Source: Planctomycetota bacterium
GTDB taxonomy: Bacteria > Planctomycetota > PLA2 > JAEUHO01
Reading direction: 5' to 3'
Assembly: GCA_965223505.1 (NCBI GenBank)
Contig: CBDCWP010000013.1
Span: 1-64,000, forward strand
Length of the DNA: 64,000 nucleotides
This document shows, piece after piece, positions 29,162 to 39,258 of the stretch; the first letter of the stretch is position 1, and each line of letters opens with the position of its first letter. A program made the translations under genes and the position numbers. The notes beneath the pieces are model-generated. The model was not told the origin of the DNA. It searched no databases and was given only the letters and a program-made list of their open reading frames with translations.

Positions 29162-32100
29162 ATGCCGGGGAACAACTTCGCCGAAGTTCTGGGCGAGGAG
29201 CTGCGCGCGATCCAGGACTCACGCCGGGACCGCCGCGTCGCCATCGGGCCCGACGTGGAGGCCGACGTCGAGGCGCCGCTCAACGAGGTGCGACAGCGGG
29301 CCGCGCGGCTCGAGCTCCTCGGTCTGGCGTTCTCGGGCGGCGGCATCCGCAGCGCGACCTTCAACCTCGGCGTCGCGCAGGCCTTGGCCGAAAGGCGTCT
29401 GTTGCGGCGGGTCGACTACCTCTCGACGGTCTCGGGCGGGGGCTACATCGGCTCGTGGTTGCACGCGTTCGCGCATCGCGAAGGCGCTGACGGGATTCGC
29501 GCCGTCGAGCGCAAGATCGCGCGCACGAGCGAGAGCAAGCGCGCGGAGAACGCGGCGAGAGGCAGCGAGGCCTACGAGATCCGCTTTCTGCGACGGTTCA
29601 GCAACTACCTGACCCCGCGCCTCGGCCTCTTCGGCGCGGACACCTGGACGCTGATCTCCCGCTACGTCGGCAACTTGATCGTCACGCAGGTCGTGTTGTC
29701 GGCGGCCATCGTCGCGGTCATGGCGACGGTCCTCGTGATCGCGTCGACGTTCCGAGGGCCGCTCGGCATGGGCATGACGATCGGGTTCTTCGTCGCGTCG
29801 AACCTCGTCCTCGCGATCGGCTTCGTCTCCGGGATCCGCCGGTGGCCCCGAGTGCGTGCGCAGGCGGGAGCGGCGGAGAACATCCAAACCCATCTGGTGC
29901 TCCCCATCTTCGGGGCGGCGTTCTTCGCGGCACTGGCGCTCGCCGGTCTGCCGCTGGACCTCTGGAAGCCGCTCGATGACCCCTTCCTCCTGTTGCCGGT
30001 GCTGCTCGCGGTGATGTCTTCGATCATGTGGCAGTTCGTCATGCAGGCCGAGGGCGCGGAGGCCGGCCGTGGTCCCATCATCCGTGCGAACCTCGGACAG
30101 CGATTGCGCGCCGTTCCGAGCACGGTGTTCAGCGGCGTGCTCGGCGGCGTTCTGCTCGCGCTCGTCGTCCTGCTGTATGAGAGCTTCCCCGACGCCCGCG
30201 CAGACCGGCTCATCGTGTGCGTCGGGCCGCCGCTCGTGTGCCTGATCTTCTGGCTCACCGTCACGCTTCAGATGGCGATGTCGGGCGCCTTGTTCTCGGA
30301 CTCGAACATGGAGTGGTGGAGCCGGGTCGGCGCGTGGCTGCTGATCTACTGCGTCGGTTGGCTCGTGTTCTTGTCGCTCACCTTCTTCGGTCCCGACGTC
30401 ATCGAGTGGGTCGCGGCGCGGATCTCCGCGGCGGGCGGACTCGGCGCGTGGCTGGTGCCCACGGTCACGGGGCTGCTCGCCGCGAACAACCCATCGACGG
30501 GCGGACGCGGTGCAAGTCGCCTCCTCGAGGTCGTGGCGAAGATCGGTCCGTACGTGTTCTTTTTCGGACTGCTGTGCTCGCTGTCGTGGCTGTTGCACGC
30601 CGCGGCCATCCGCAACCCGGGGCTCGACCAGCTCGTCGGCATCGCGGTCGCGACGTGCATGTTGTTCGTTCTGGTCGTCCAGTACGACGTCAACAAGTAC
30701 TCGATGCACTCGTTCTATCGGAACCGGCTGATCCGGTGCTATCTCGGCGCGTCGACGCGCGACCGTGACTCCGACATGTTCACCGGATTCGCGGACGACG
30801 ACCTGCCCATCGCCCGGCTGCGAGCGTCGAAGGGCGCGCCGTTCGCGATCGTCAACACGACGCTGAACCTCTGCAAAGCGACGGATCTGGCATGGCAGGA
30901 GCGCAAAGGCGCCTCGTTCACGTTCACCCCGCTGGCGACCGGGTTTTCGTTCCCGGCGACCGCGCCGCAGCCGAGCGAAGCGGCACGAGCGCCTGACGAG
31001 CCGATGCGCGCGTACCGCGATTCGGCGGCGTTCGGCGCCGAAGGCTCCGACACCGAGGATGGTGTCTCTCTCGGGACGTGCATGGCGATCTCGGGCGCCG
31101 CCGCGAGTCCCAACATGGGCTACCACTCGAGTCCGGTGCTGGCGCTGTTGCTCACATGGTTCAACGTCCGCCTCGGCGCCTGGGTCGGCAATCCGCTGCA
31201 CGGGCCGTGGAAGTGGCACGGGCCGCGCTACGGACGCGGCATCACGCACCTCGTCAAGGAGCTCTTCGGCTTGACGGACGAGAAGTCGGACTTCCTGTAT
31301 CTCTCCGACGGCGGCCACTTCGACAACCTCGGCGTCTACGAACTCGTCCGGCGGCGCTGCCGGCACATCCTGGCCATCGACGCGGGTGCCGATCCCGAGC
31401 TGCGGTTCGATGATCTCGGCAACCTCATCCGCAAGTGCAGGACCGACCTCGGCGTGCACATCGCGATCGACGTCGAGCAGCTTCGCCGCGACGCGCAATC
31501 CGGACGAAGCACGCGCCACTGCACGGTCGGCCGCATCTACTACCCGCGAGACGGCGACGACCCGGCTCCGAAAGGGACGATCGTTTACATCAAGCCTTCG
31601 CTCACGGGCGACGAGCCGGCCGACGTGCGTAACTACGCGGCGCGCAACGCGTCGTTCCCGCACCAGAGCACCGGCGATCAGTTCTTCGACGAGAGTCAGT
31701 TCGAGAGCTACCGCAAGCTCGGCCGGCACATCGCCGGCGAGGTGATCGGCTGCGTCTTGCCGCGCGACGAGAACATCGGGGCCGCGCCGAGTACGAAGGA
31801 TCTCTTCGAGATGTTGCGGCAGCGTTGGTTCCCGCAGAGCTCGGCGGTGGCGCAGCACTTCAGCCGGCACGGGGAGTTGCTCGAGGAGCTGTTCGAGCAG
31901 GCACGCGAGGACGAACACCTGCACTTCCTCGACTGGCAGTTCTATCCGGAGTGGCACGAGGTCGTCGCGTCGAAGGTCTCGCCGACCCTGCCGGTGGACC
32001 CGATGCAGAACTCGCAGTGGCTGCCGGAGACGTACGAACAGCGCCGCGCCGGGTTCTACTTCTGCAACTCGCTCATTCAGCTGATGCAGAACGTCTACCT

Positions 32101-32692
32101 GGATCTCAACTTCGAGCGCGAGTGGAACCACCCCGACAACCGGGGGTGGGTCAACCTCTTCAAGCACTGGTCGTGGTCCGGGATGTTCCGCATCACCTGG
32201 GCCGTCAGCGCCAGCACCTACGGGTTCCGCTTCGTGGCGTTCTGCGAGCGCTATCTGGATCTGAAGGTCGGCCGCGACGAGATCGAGGTCGTCGGATCGG
32301 GCACGGGCGCGACGCCGAGCAAGCAGTTGATCGACGCTGCGCAGCGCGCGGAGGAGGCGGATCGTCTCAACTTCTTCGAGCTCTACCAGATCAAGAAGTT
32401 CGTCGAGCAGCACCGGGAGGCGCTCGACGGCGAGAAGCAGGTGGAGCTGCGGCTGCTGCGCCTGCATGTCGACGACCCGCGCAAGCTGGCCGTGGACATC
32501 CGCTCGAGCGGATTCGCGTTCACGTTCGGGTTCGCGATCGTGACCGGCGACGGGCCGGAATCAGACCGGCAAACCGCGTACGTCCGCATCCAGGACCACC
32601 TGCGCAACCAACGCCTCGAAGAACGCGTGCGCAGCAGGCTGCCGGAGGACGCGCGCCGCTTCGACCCGCCTGAAGAGGTCGCGCCTCGCTGA
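29162..32692 (+). CDS. Large multi-TM patatin/cPLA2-like phospholipase
   Basis: GLAFSGGGIRSA, YLSTVSGGG (Ser), multi-TM insert, AISGAAASPNMG, SDGGHFDNLG (Asp), FPHQSTGDQFFDESQFESYR. Confidence 0.88.
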   Translation: MPGNNFAEVLGEELRAIQDSRRDRRVAIGPDVEADVEAPLNEVRQRAARLELLGLAFSGGGIRSATFNLGVAQALAERRLLRRVDYLSTVSGGGYIGSWLHAFAHREGADGIRAVERKIARTSESKRAENAARGSEAYEIRFLRRFSNYLTPRLGLFGADTWTLISRYVGNLIVTQVVLSAAIVAVMATVLVIASTFRGPLGMGMTIGFFVASNLVLAIGFVSGIRRWPRVRAQAGAAENIQTHLVLPIFGAAFFAALALAGLPLDLWKPLDDPFLLLPVLLAVMSSIMWQFVMQAEGAEAGRGPIIRANLGQRLRAVPSTVFSGVLGGVLLALVVLLYESFPDARADRLIVCVGPPLVCLIFWLTVTLQMAMSGALFSDSNMEWWSRVGAWLLIYCVGWLVFLSLTFFGPDVIEWVAARISAAGGLGAWLVPTVTGLLAANNPSTGGRGASRLLEVVAKIGPYVFFFGLLCSLSWLLHAAAIRNPGLDQLVGIAVATCMLFVLVVQYDVNKYSMHSFYRNRLIRCYLGASTRDRDSDMFTGFADDDLPIARLRASKGAPFAIVNTTLNLCKATDLAWQERKGASFTFTPLATGFSFPATAPQPSEAARAPDEPMRAYRDSAAFGAEGSDTEDGVSLGTCMAISGAAASPNMGYHSSPVLALLLTWFNVRLGAWVGNPLHGPWKWHGPRYGRGITHLVKELFGLTDEKSDFLYLSDGGHFDNLGVYELVRRRCRHILAIDAGADPELRFDDLGNLIRKCRTDLGVHIAIDVEQLRRDAQSGRSTRHCTVGRIYYPRDGDDPAPKGTIVYIKPSLTGDEPADVRNYAARNASFPHQSTGDQFFDESQFESYRKLGRHIAGEVIGCVLPRDENIGAAPSTKDLFEMLRQRWFPQSSAVAQHFSRHGELLEELFEQAREDEHLHFLDWQFYPEWHEVVASKVSPTLPVDPMQNSQWLPETYEQRRAGFYFCNSLIQLMQNVYLDLNFEREWNHPDNRGWVNLFKHWSWSGMFRITWAVSASTYGFRFVAFCERYLDLKVGRDEIEVVGSGTGATPSKQLIDAAQRAEEADRLNFFELYQIKKFVEQHREALDGEKQVELRLLRLHVDDPRKLAVDIRSSGFAFTFGFAIVTGDGPESDRQTAYVRIQDHLRNQRLEERVRSRLPEDARRFDPPEEVAPR

Positions 32693-32754
32693 GCGGAGGT
32701 TTCGCAAGCCTCGGCTTTTCAAAACCTTGATTTCGGCCCTAAACTGGCGCGGTC

Positions 32755-33378
32755 ATGGCGGTGTCCAACTCCCGCGGCCGCATCCTGAACCTGTTGAAGA
32801 CGGGCGGTCCGCAGACTGCCGCCGAGCTGGCCACGGGCCTGGGCGTCACGCCGATGGCGGTGCGGCAGCACTTGCAGAAGCTGCACGGCAACGGCCTGGT
32901 CGGCTACCGGGACGAGGCGGGGCGCGTCGGTCGGCCGCGGCGCAAGTGGCTGCTGACACCGCTAGCCCAGGAGCGGTTTCCGGACAACCACGCGGAGCTG
33001 GCCGTCGAGATCATCGACGCCACGCGCGCCACCTTCGGACGGGAGGGACTCGCGGCGCTCATCGAGACGCGAACGGCGCGGCAGCGGCTGGAGTACGCGC
33101 GGCTGATGCCCGCGGAGTCCGCCCCGCTCGCCGACCGGATCGCGGCCCTGGCCGCGATCCGAACGCGCGAGGGCTACATGGCCGAGTGGACGCAGGAAAG
33201 CGACGGCAGCTTCACGCTGGCGGAGAACAACTGCCCCGTGTGCGCGGCGGCGCAGTCCTGCATGGGTCTGTGCACCGCGGAGCTGGAGCTGTTCGAGTCG
33301 TTGCTGCCGGACGTGTCGATCGAGCGCACCGAGTACATCCTCGACGGCGACCGGCGTTGCGTCTACCGCATCACGTAG
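32755..33378 (+). CDS. ArsR/SufR-like HTH transcriptional regulator
   Basis: TAAELATGLGVTPMAVRQHL, GRPRRKW, ENNCPVC...C...RCVY. Confidence 0.85.
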   Translation: MAVSNSRGRILNLLKTGGPQTAAELATGLGVTPMAVRQHLQKLHGNGLVGYRDEAGRVGRPRRKWLLTPLAQERFPDNHAELAVEIIDATRATFGREGLAALIETRTARQRLEYARLMPAESAPLADRIAALAAIRTREGYMAEWTQESDGSFTLAENNCPVCAAAQSCMGLCTAELELFESLLPDVSIERTEYILDGDRRCVYRIT

Positions 33379-34626
33379 TCAGCGCCACTCGATCCTGGAG
33401 AACTCCGCGCTCGAGCTGTCGACCGCGAGGCCGAACCCCGTCTCGGCCACGTCGAACGGCCCGTAGCTCTCGTCGCCGATCCGTAGATGCACGCCGTCGT
33501 CGAGTCGCTCGACCGTGATCTTCGTCGTTCCGTCCGATCCGATCGGCACGCCGCGTACGCGCAGCAGGCGCCGCCATCGACCGCCGATGCGGCGGTCGAC
33601 GCGCAGCGACCCCCAGCCGGTGATGAGCGCAACAGAATAGTCGTCGTTGTCGGTGTGGTGCAACGTGACGCCCGCGCGCCACCAGCGGCGATCCGGATGG
33701 TGGAGCGTCGCGATGAGCCGCTGCGACGGCTCCTTGAGCCGGCACAGGCTGACAACGTCGGCCCGGCCGCGCATGCGGCCCGGCCCGATCGACTCCCACT
33801 CGTTGAACACCTGGATCCAAGGCTGCTGCCGCGCCTGCAGCCACGCGACCAGGCGTTGCTGGAGCTTCGGGATGCTGCCGAAGCTATGGCGAAACGCCTT
33901 GGCCCCGCTTGCCCCCTTGTCCATCTTCGAGCGGAACGAGTCGAAGTTGGGCACCGGCTTGCCCTCGGCGCCCGTCGCCAGGAATCGAAACAAGGCCCAC
34001 GTCAACGCGCGTCCGGCGGCAACGCGGCCGTCGATGACGAACCGCAGATCGAAGGACGGCTTCAACACCACGGCGAGCGCCGCCGCCGCGTAGTCCTTCA
34101 GCGAGATCGGGGGACGCACGCCCAACCGAAGCGTCGTTCCGTCCCACTGATGCCAGGACAGGTATTCCGCCACCCCCTCCGTGTACCAGGGCGTGGACGG
34201 CGACTTGTTGCGGGTGCGCGCGAGAAAGTGGAACTGGTGGATCGCCTCGTGGATCAGCAGCACGCGCGTGTAGTACGTGGTCGGCTGCCGATACAGGAAC
34301 GCCGTTCGCGCAGGCGGCCAGTAGTACCCGCCGCCCGAGCGAGGCGGCGGCGTGCCGATTGATCGAAGGGCGGACTTGAAGCGATCCGCCGTGCGCAAGA
34401 AGCGCACCTCGAGCTTCTCGTCCTCACGCAGCTTCGGCGCCGCGCCGAAGAAGGCCTCGAGCTTCGGCCAAGCGGCCTCGAGGACGCGAGCCGCCTCGTC
34501 GGCCTGCGCCTGCGTGCCGTCCGCCACGACCCGATAGTGCTCGGTCTCGGCCGTGTGGATGGTCTCCGCGGCGGCGAACGGCGCAACGAGAACGAGGACG
34601 GCGACCAGCGCCGCTGCGCGACTCAT
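33379..34626 (-). CDS. Secreted DUF1570-like metallopeptidase-fold protein
   Basis: Signal peptide; ETEHYRV, LIHEAIHQF, PWYTEGVAEY. Confidence 0.75.
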   Translation of the reverse strand: MSRAAALVAVLVLVAPFAAAETIHTAETEHYRVVADGTQAQADEAARVLEAAWPKLEAFFGAAPKLREDEKLEVRFLRTADRFKSALRSIGTPPPRSGGGYYWPPARTAFLYRQPTTYYTRVLLIHEAIHQFHFLARTRNKSPSTPWYTEGVAEYLSWHQWDGTTLRLGVRPPISLKDYAAAALAVVLKPSFDLRFVIDGRVAAGRALTWALFRFLATGAEGKPVPNFDSFRSKMDKGASGAKAFRHSFGSIPKLQQRLVAWLQARQQPWIQVFNEWESIGPGRMRGRADVVSLCRLKEPSQRLIATLHHPDRRWWRAGVTLHHTDNDDYSVALITGWGSLRVDRRIGGRWRRLLRVRGVPIGSDGTTKITVERLDDGVHLRIGDESYGPFDVAETGFGLAVDSSSAEFSRIEWR

Positions 34627-35858
34627 GCGCGCGGCGCCGACGCGTCGGCGTCCGTGTAGTGGTCGTGCAGACGCTCGAGCACCTGCTCGATCTTCTCGGG
34701 CGACAAGCGGTCGAGCGATCGCCGCATCGACGCGAGCACCTCGCGCGCCTCGCGCGCCTGCTCCTCCGCGCTCCCGCCGTGATGGACACGACGCACGTGG
34801 TGGATGCCCGTCAGCCCCTCGGAGAACAGGAACAGAGCGGCGGTGAGCGGCGTGACCTCGCTCAGCGTGAACAGGAGCGCGCGCAGCGCGGTTCGCGCCG
34901 CCGCGCCACGCCCCGTGTGCCGGGCCGCCTGCACCGCTTGGCGAACCGGGCCGGGGTCGGTGCGGTCTTCCACGCGCATCATCTTCAGACGGCCCGCCGC
35001 CAGCGCGCGATGACGGCGCACGGCGCGGGGTGTGTGTACGGACGGGTCGTAAACGCGCAGGTGCGAGAGGTGTTCACCGAGTTCGTACTTGGCGGGGTCG
35101 TCCCCGAGGCCCGTGTAGCGCTCGACGCGCAGCGCCTTGCGATGATCGAGCTCGTAGAGACCGCCGATCAGTTCCGTGTCCAAGCCGGTCCGGTTGAGCG
35201 TCACGCCGTGCAGCACCAGATACAGGGTCGGTGTCTTGGCGTCGTGCTCCTGGAGGTCTTGCACGACGTGACGCGCTTGAAGTCGCGCGTTCGCCACGGC
35301 GCCGAACAGCGCACGTGCCTCCGGTTGCACGACGTTCTCGTCGCGCAGGGCCGCCAGCCGGTCGAGCCCCTCCGAGCGCAACGAAGCGTCGAGATCGTGC
35401 ACGAAGGGAAGGTCGGCTCCGTCGATCGCGGCGTGGATGGCGCCGCAGTACGTCGACTCGGCGCCGTAGCGGTCCATGCGTCCGAAGTGCAACCCCTCGG
35501 GGCCCGAACGCGTCACCGCGACGTGGCTGTTGATCTTGACGACGACGACCTTGAAGCCGTGCTCGGACGCGGGGATCGCGAAGTGGTCTTCCGCGATCCC
35601 GGCGGCCCCCCACTCGTACCGCCCACCGGGGTTGGCGATGCGCATCGGCACGTGGCTGCCGTACTTCAGGCGCGGCAGCATCTCCTGGGCGAAGCTGCGT
35701 TGAAACGCCTCGGCGCACTCGTGCTCGCTCTCGTCCACACAGGTGATCTGCAAGGCGCCCACCGCGGAAGGCGCGAGAGTGCGGACCGCGCTGCGAAGCT
35801 CGGCGCAGACATGGGCGAACGCATGCTCCGCCCCCAGCAGCTCGAGGAGCTGTTTCAT
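34623..35858 (-). CDS. Hypothetical protein with LCIB/theta-carbonic-anhydrase-like Cys/His/Cys motifs
   Basis: TCVDE ... NSHVAV ... GRMDRYG...CGAI; start at MKQLL, with TACCAT 7 nt upstream. Confidence 0.55.
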   Translation of the reverse strand: MKQLLELLGAEHAFAHVCAELRSAVRTLAPSAVGALQITCVDESEHECAEAFQRSFAQEMLPRLKYGSHVPMRIANPGGRYEWGAAGIAEDHFAIPASEHGFKVVVVKINSHVAVTRSGPEGLHFGRMDRYGAESTYCGAIHAAIDGADLPFVHDLDASLRSEGLDRLAALRDENVVQPEARALFGAVANARLQARHVVQDLQEHDAKTPTLYLVLHGVTLNRTGLDTELIGGLYELDHRKALRVERYTGLGDDPAKYELGEHLSHLRVYDPSVHTPRAVRRHRALAAGRLKMMRVEDRTDPGPVRQAVQAARHTGRGAAARTALRALLFTLSEVTPLTAALFLFSEGLTGIHHVRRVHHGGSAEEQAREAREVLASMRRSLDRLSPEKIEQVLERLHDHYTDADASAPRA

Positions 35859-35902
35859 GGGCGAGATGGTACGGGGCGGCGCGGCCAATGCGCGCCGCGA
35901 CG

Positions 35903-37360
35903 TCAGCGACGCTTGGGCACGGAGCCCTCCGGCGGACGAAGGAAGTCCGCCTCGCCGCGGCGGGCGCCCAGCGTCCCGAAGCGCTGATAGGCCCTGCGCT
36001 GGGATCGGTCGAGACGGCGCAGCTCCGCGGACGGAACCGCCAACCCGGCCGTCCCGTGCCCGAGCACGCCCAGGTCCATCACGTACTGCAGCGCCTCGCG
36101 CTTGCGATGCTCGTCATCGCCGGCCCAGGCGGTCACCTGCGCGGCGAGCCGCCCCAGGTGATACGCGCGCACCGCGTCCTCGAGCGCGGGGCCGCGACGC
36201 ACGCGGTCGAGCTCCGTCGCCTCGGTGGACTTGTGAATCAAGCGCGACCCGTTCCAGACCTCCACGACGTACCGGAGTCGGTCCCGCCGGGTCGTCATCC
36301 GCGCCGTCACGGGCTTCGCGTCGCCGAGCGCCTCGAACGACGAGGGCACGAGACTGCGTGCGTCGTTGGCGACAGGCACGAGGCGCAGCGAGAGCGCACG
36401 CGTCGGTTGGATGTCGTGCGACGCCAGGTACCGCGCGGGATCGAATCGCCACAGGGCGACGCGCGCGCCGTAGGCGCCCATGTTGACGGCGAGGTTCGTG
36501 TCGTCCTTCGATCCGGGAACGCGCCACGCGCCCGACGGCACGTCACGCGCAAGGCCGACCGGCCGCGGCGCCAGGACGTCCGTTCGCGGATCGGTCGTCC
36601 ACTGCGCGATCGGCGCGAAGCGGGCGGCGGGCACGACGCTCTGTGTCACCGTCGCCGTGCGCTCCTTGCGAACCCGCACGACGTCGTGATACAGCTTCTT
36701 GCCGTCCGCGACGTGAAGCTCGCTCGTGAAGCTCAGCTTGACGCGCACGATCTCGCCGGGCGCGAGCGGCCAAACGGCGATCGTGAGACGGTTCCGCTGG
36801 TTGCGCTCGACGAGCAGTGGATCGCGTCGCTCGCGCCAGTCACGGATGCTCGTGTACGAACGGCGCGCCTGTTCCGCCGGCAGCACCTTCGCGACAGTGC
36901 CGGGGCCCTTCGCGCGAAGGAGCTCGGCGGAGATGATCTCGGCCGACTTGTCGATGACGAACGTGCGCTCCCACTCGCTCACGACCTTTCCGAGGTTGCG
37001 GATCGAGAGCGTCAGATCGGCGCGGGCCAGATCGCCGATGAAGCGCACGCGATCGTGATGCAAGACGGCGAGCGTGCCGTCGCGCTGGATGACGACATCG
37101 GGCTTGGCCGGGGTGTCCGGCGTCGGCCGCGGCGCCGACGGTGAGGCGCTCGGGTCCTCGGGCAGTCGATGCCGGTCGAGGTTACCGCCGCGCGGTCGGA
37201 GCTCTCCGCCCAGGCGCGCCCCGTCCAAGTCGATGCCGGCCCGCCGCGCGGCGGCTGCGGCGGCTTCCGTCAGGCGGTCGTTGGCGGCGGCGTCCCCTGC
37301 GCCGATCCACGTCACGGCACATACGACCATCAAGATTCTCGATACGACCCTTGCGCTCAT
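35903..37360 (-). CDS. Secreted VIT (vault protein inter-alpha-trypsin)-like domain protein
   Basis: Signal peptide; ARADLTLSIRN, AKVLPAEQARRSYTSI, RDPLLVE, VWPLAPGE. Confidence 0.7.
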   Translation of the reverse strand: MSARVVSRILMVVCAVTWIGAGDAAANDRLTEAAAAAARRAGIDLDGARLGGELRPRGGNLDRHRLPEDPSASPSAPRPTPDTPAKPDVVIQRDGTLAVLHHDRVRFIGDLARADLTLSIRNLGKVVSEWERTFVIDKSAEIISAELLRAKGPGTVAKVLPAEQARRSYTSIRDWRERRDPLLVERNQRNRLTIAVWPLAPGEIVRVKLSFTSELHVADGKKLYHDVVRVRKERTATVTQSVVPAARFAPIAQWTTDPRTDVLAPRPVGLARDVPSGAWRVPGSKDDTNLAVNMGAYGARVALWRFDPARYLASHDIQPTRALSLRLVPVANDARSLVPSSFEALGDAKPVTARMTTRRDRLRYVVEVWNGSRLIHKSTEATELDRVRRGPALEDAVRAYHLGRLAAQVTAWAGDDEHRKREALQYVMDLGVLGHGTAGLAVPSAELRRLDRSQRRAYQRFGTLGARRGEADFLRPPEGSVPKRR

Positions 37361-37632
37361 CGTCCACCTCCGTGATTGCGCCGTGAGACCTCGCGATTCC
37401 CGTTCCGGACCGTGCCGAAGCGGGGCGCATTCGCGCCCTCGACCGGAAGAGGAGGCGAATCATGCGGGTGCGCCGAAGGTAGGACGGCCGTGGGATGCGA
37501 TCGGTCCAATGACGTCTGCGTTTCGCGGACGTAACGCGCGGTTTCGCGGAATCGAAGGCTGGTGGGTCACGTTGACGAAGGGGCGGATCGGCGGCGGCAA
37601 GTGCCGTCACAGGGGCCGCCCGGTCGTGGTTC

Positions 37633-37737
37633 CCTTGGCGGGGCGAAGGCGCGGCAACGCCGATGAGGACGCCGCGTAGGTCCACGCAAGGACGAGAGCG
37701 GGTCGGTCGGCGAAGCGCCGTCGAGCATCCGGCAAGC
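37633..37737. repeat. MITE-like dispersed repeat, copy 1
   Basis: Shares ggggcgaaggc...gaggacgccgcgt...cacgcaaggacga...gagcatcc with 59655-59759. Confidence 0.65.
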
Positions 37738-37789
37738 CGCATGCCCGCGCAGATCTGCAGACTTGCCCACGACCGAATCGCACGCTCGA

Positions 37790-38302
37790 TCAGGCGGATT
37801 GCAGAGCCGAGGGGGCGTGGGCTCCCAAAGGAACGCCTGGACCGCGCCCAGGCTGATCCTCGTCCGGCAACGCGGGCGGCGGGAGATGCAGGACCGGTTC
37901 GTCGATCGGCTCCGTGGGTGGCTCGGCATGACGAGGTGCGTCATCCGGGCCGTCCGTGAGCACACAGAGGTTCCCGCCGCCTTCCGGTCCTTCGAGCTCG
38001 ATGATCACACGTCGCGCTCGGCCGTTCTCGCGGATGACGTTCACAACGTGCGGCGCGTCCCGGCCGCTCACCGGTGCGACGAACACGTCGCCGACCGCCG
38101 TCTCGGCCGTGCGCGTTCGGAAGGGGCGTCCGTCGGATGTCGTTTTCTCGGCGGCCCTTTGCAGGCGCGCCTGGAGTGCGGTGAGATCGGAGGGCGTCGC
38201 CGCGAGCAGCATTCCCGCGTCCAACATGACGACGCCGCCACTGGGATAGGTCATTGGGTGCGACTCGAGCTTGGGTCGATCGCCTTCTCTTGGATCGTGC
38301 AT
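37790..38302 (-). CDS. Hypothetical protein
   Basis: GGAGG RBS before MHDPREG; Pro-rich C-terminus. Confidence 0.5.
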   Translation of the reverse strand: MHDPREGDRPKLESHPMTYPSGGVVMLDAGMLLAATPSDLTALQARLQRAAEKTTSDGRPFRTRTAETAVGDVFVAPVSGRDAPHVVNVIRENGRARRVIIELEGPEGGGNLCVLTDGPDDAPRHAEPPTEPIDEPVLHLPPPALPDEDQPGRGPGVPLGAHAPSALQSA

Positions 38303-38494
38303 GGAACCTCCGTGCTGATGGGTCGCAAATGCCCTGCCGGTTCGATCGCGCCCCTGGCAAGGATGATTGGCGCGGGACCGGAACCCAGAGCACCGATGGC
38401 GCGCAGCCGCGGCTCCGATGCGCCCCGGTCGGCTCGAGACGGCCGTGTCGAGCGCGGCCCCGATCGGCGGTACGCGGATTGCGGACCGTGCGGC

Positions 38495-38743
38495 ATGGTT
38501 GATCAACACGAAGCACAGCAGGCGAAGCGCACACTGACAGACCGGCGTTCGGAGCTCGATCTCGAGCTTGCCGACGTACGAAAGCGGCGCGACGAGCTCG
38601 AGTCGCGCATCGACGCGCTCGACCGGGAAGTGGCGCGCCTGCGCAAACGTCTCTTGGACGTACACCGTGAGGAAGGCACGCTGCGCGTCAAGATCGGCGA
38701 CGTCGATCGTGCCGTGCGTGCGACCGACGAACTGACCTCATGA
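38495..38743 (+). CDS. Small coiled-coil protein
   Basis: Heptad-rich, 82 aa; ATGA coupling to the CBS gene. Confidence 0.6.
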   Translation: MVDQHEAQQAKRTLTDRRSELDLELADVRKRRDELESRIDALDREVARLRKRLLDVHREEGTLRVKIGDVDRAVRATDELTS

Positions 38744-39216
38744 AACGCGACGTCGTCGCGGGGAAACGGATGCTGGTGAGACACATCATGACGCGCGGCG
38801 TTCGTTGCGTCCACGACGACGACTCGATCAGTAGCGCCGCGCGGGCGATGCAGGCAGCCGGGGTGGGTTTCCTTCCCGTGCGAAGCGAGGGACGGGTCGT
38901 GGGCGTGGTGACGGATCGCGACCTGGCGCTGCGTCCGGCGACACGCGCGCTGCCGCCGTCGACGACGCGTGTACGTGAGATCATGACGCCGCACGCTCAC
39001 GCCGTCGAAGAAGGCGCGTCGATCGCTACGGCGGCGCGGGCCATGGTGCAGAAGCAGGTCCGGCATCTCCTCGTGCTGGACCGACGCAATCGTCTCTGCG
39101 GTGTCGTCACGCTCGGGGATCTCGGGCGTCGCGCGAACGATCCCTCGTACGCCGCCGCCGTGCTTCGCCGGGCCGTTCCGCGCGACGAATCGCCGACACT
39201 CGTCCCCTCACGCTGA
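38740..39216 (+). CDS. CBS domain protein
   Basis: VRHIMT, VVGVVTDRDL, VREIMTP, GVVTLGDL. Confidence 0.88.
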   Translation: MKRDVVAGKRMLVRHIMTRGVRCVHDDDSISSAARAMQAAGVGFLPVRSEGRVVGVVTDRDLALRPATRALPPSTTRVREIMTPHAHAVEEGASIATAARAMVQKQVRHLLVLDRRNRLCGVVTLGDLGRRANDPSYAAAVLRRAVPRDESPTLVPSR

Positions 39217-39258
39217 CGGAGGTCGGTCCGACCGCCTTCGGGCTCTTAGAATCGGGAC

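Noticed and set aside
29162..32692. Patatin as part of a CBASS/CapV defence operon
   Set aside because: No CD-NTase or ancillary genes; neighbours are yqgE and an HTH regulator.
38355..38370. TGGCAA...ATTGG as a sigma54 promoter in the accessory block
   Set aside because: The GG-N10-GC spacing is not satisfied.
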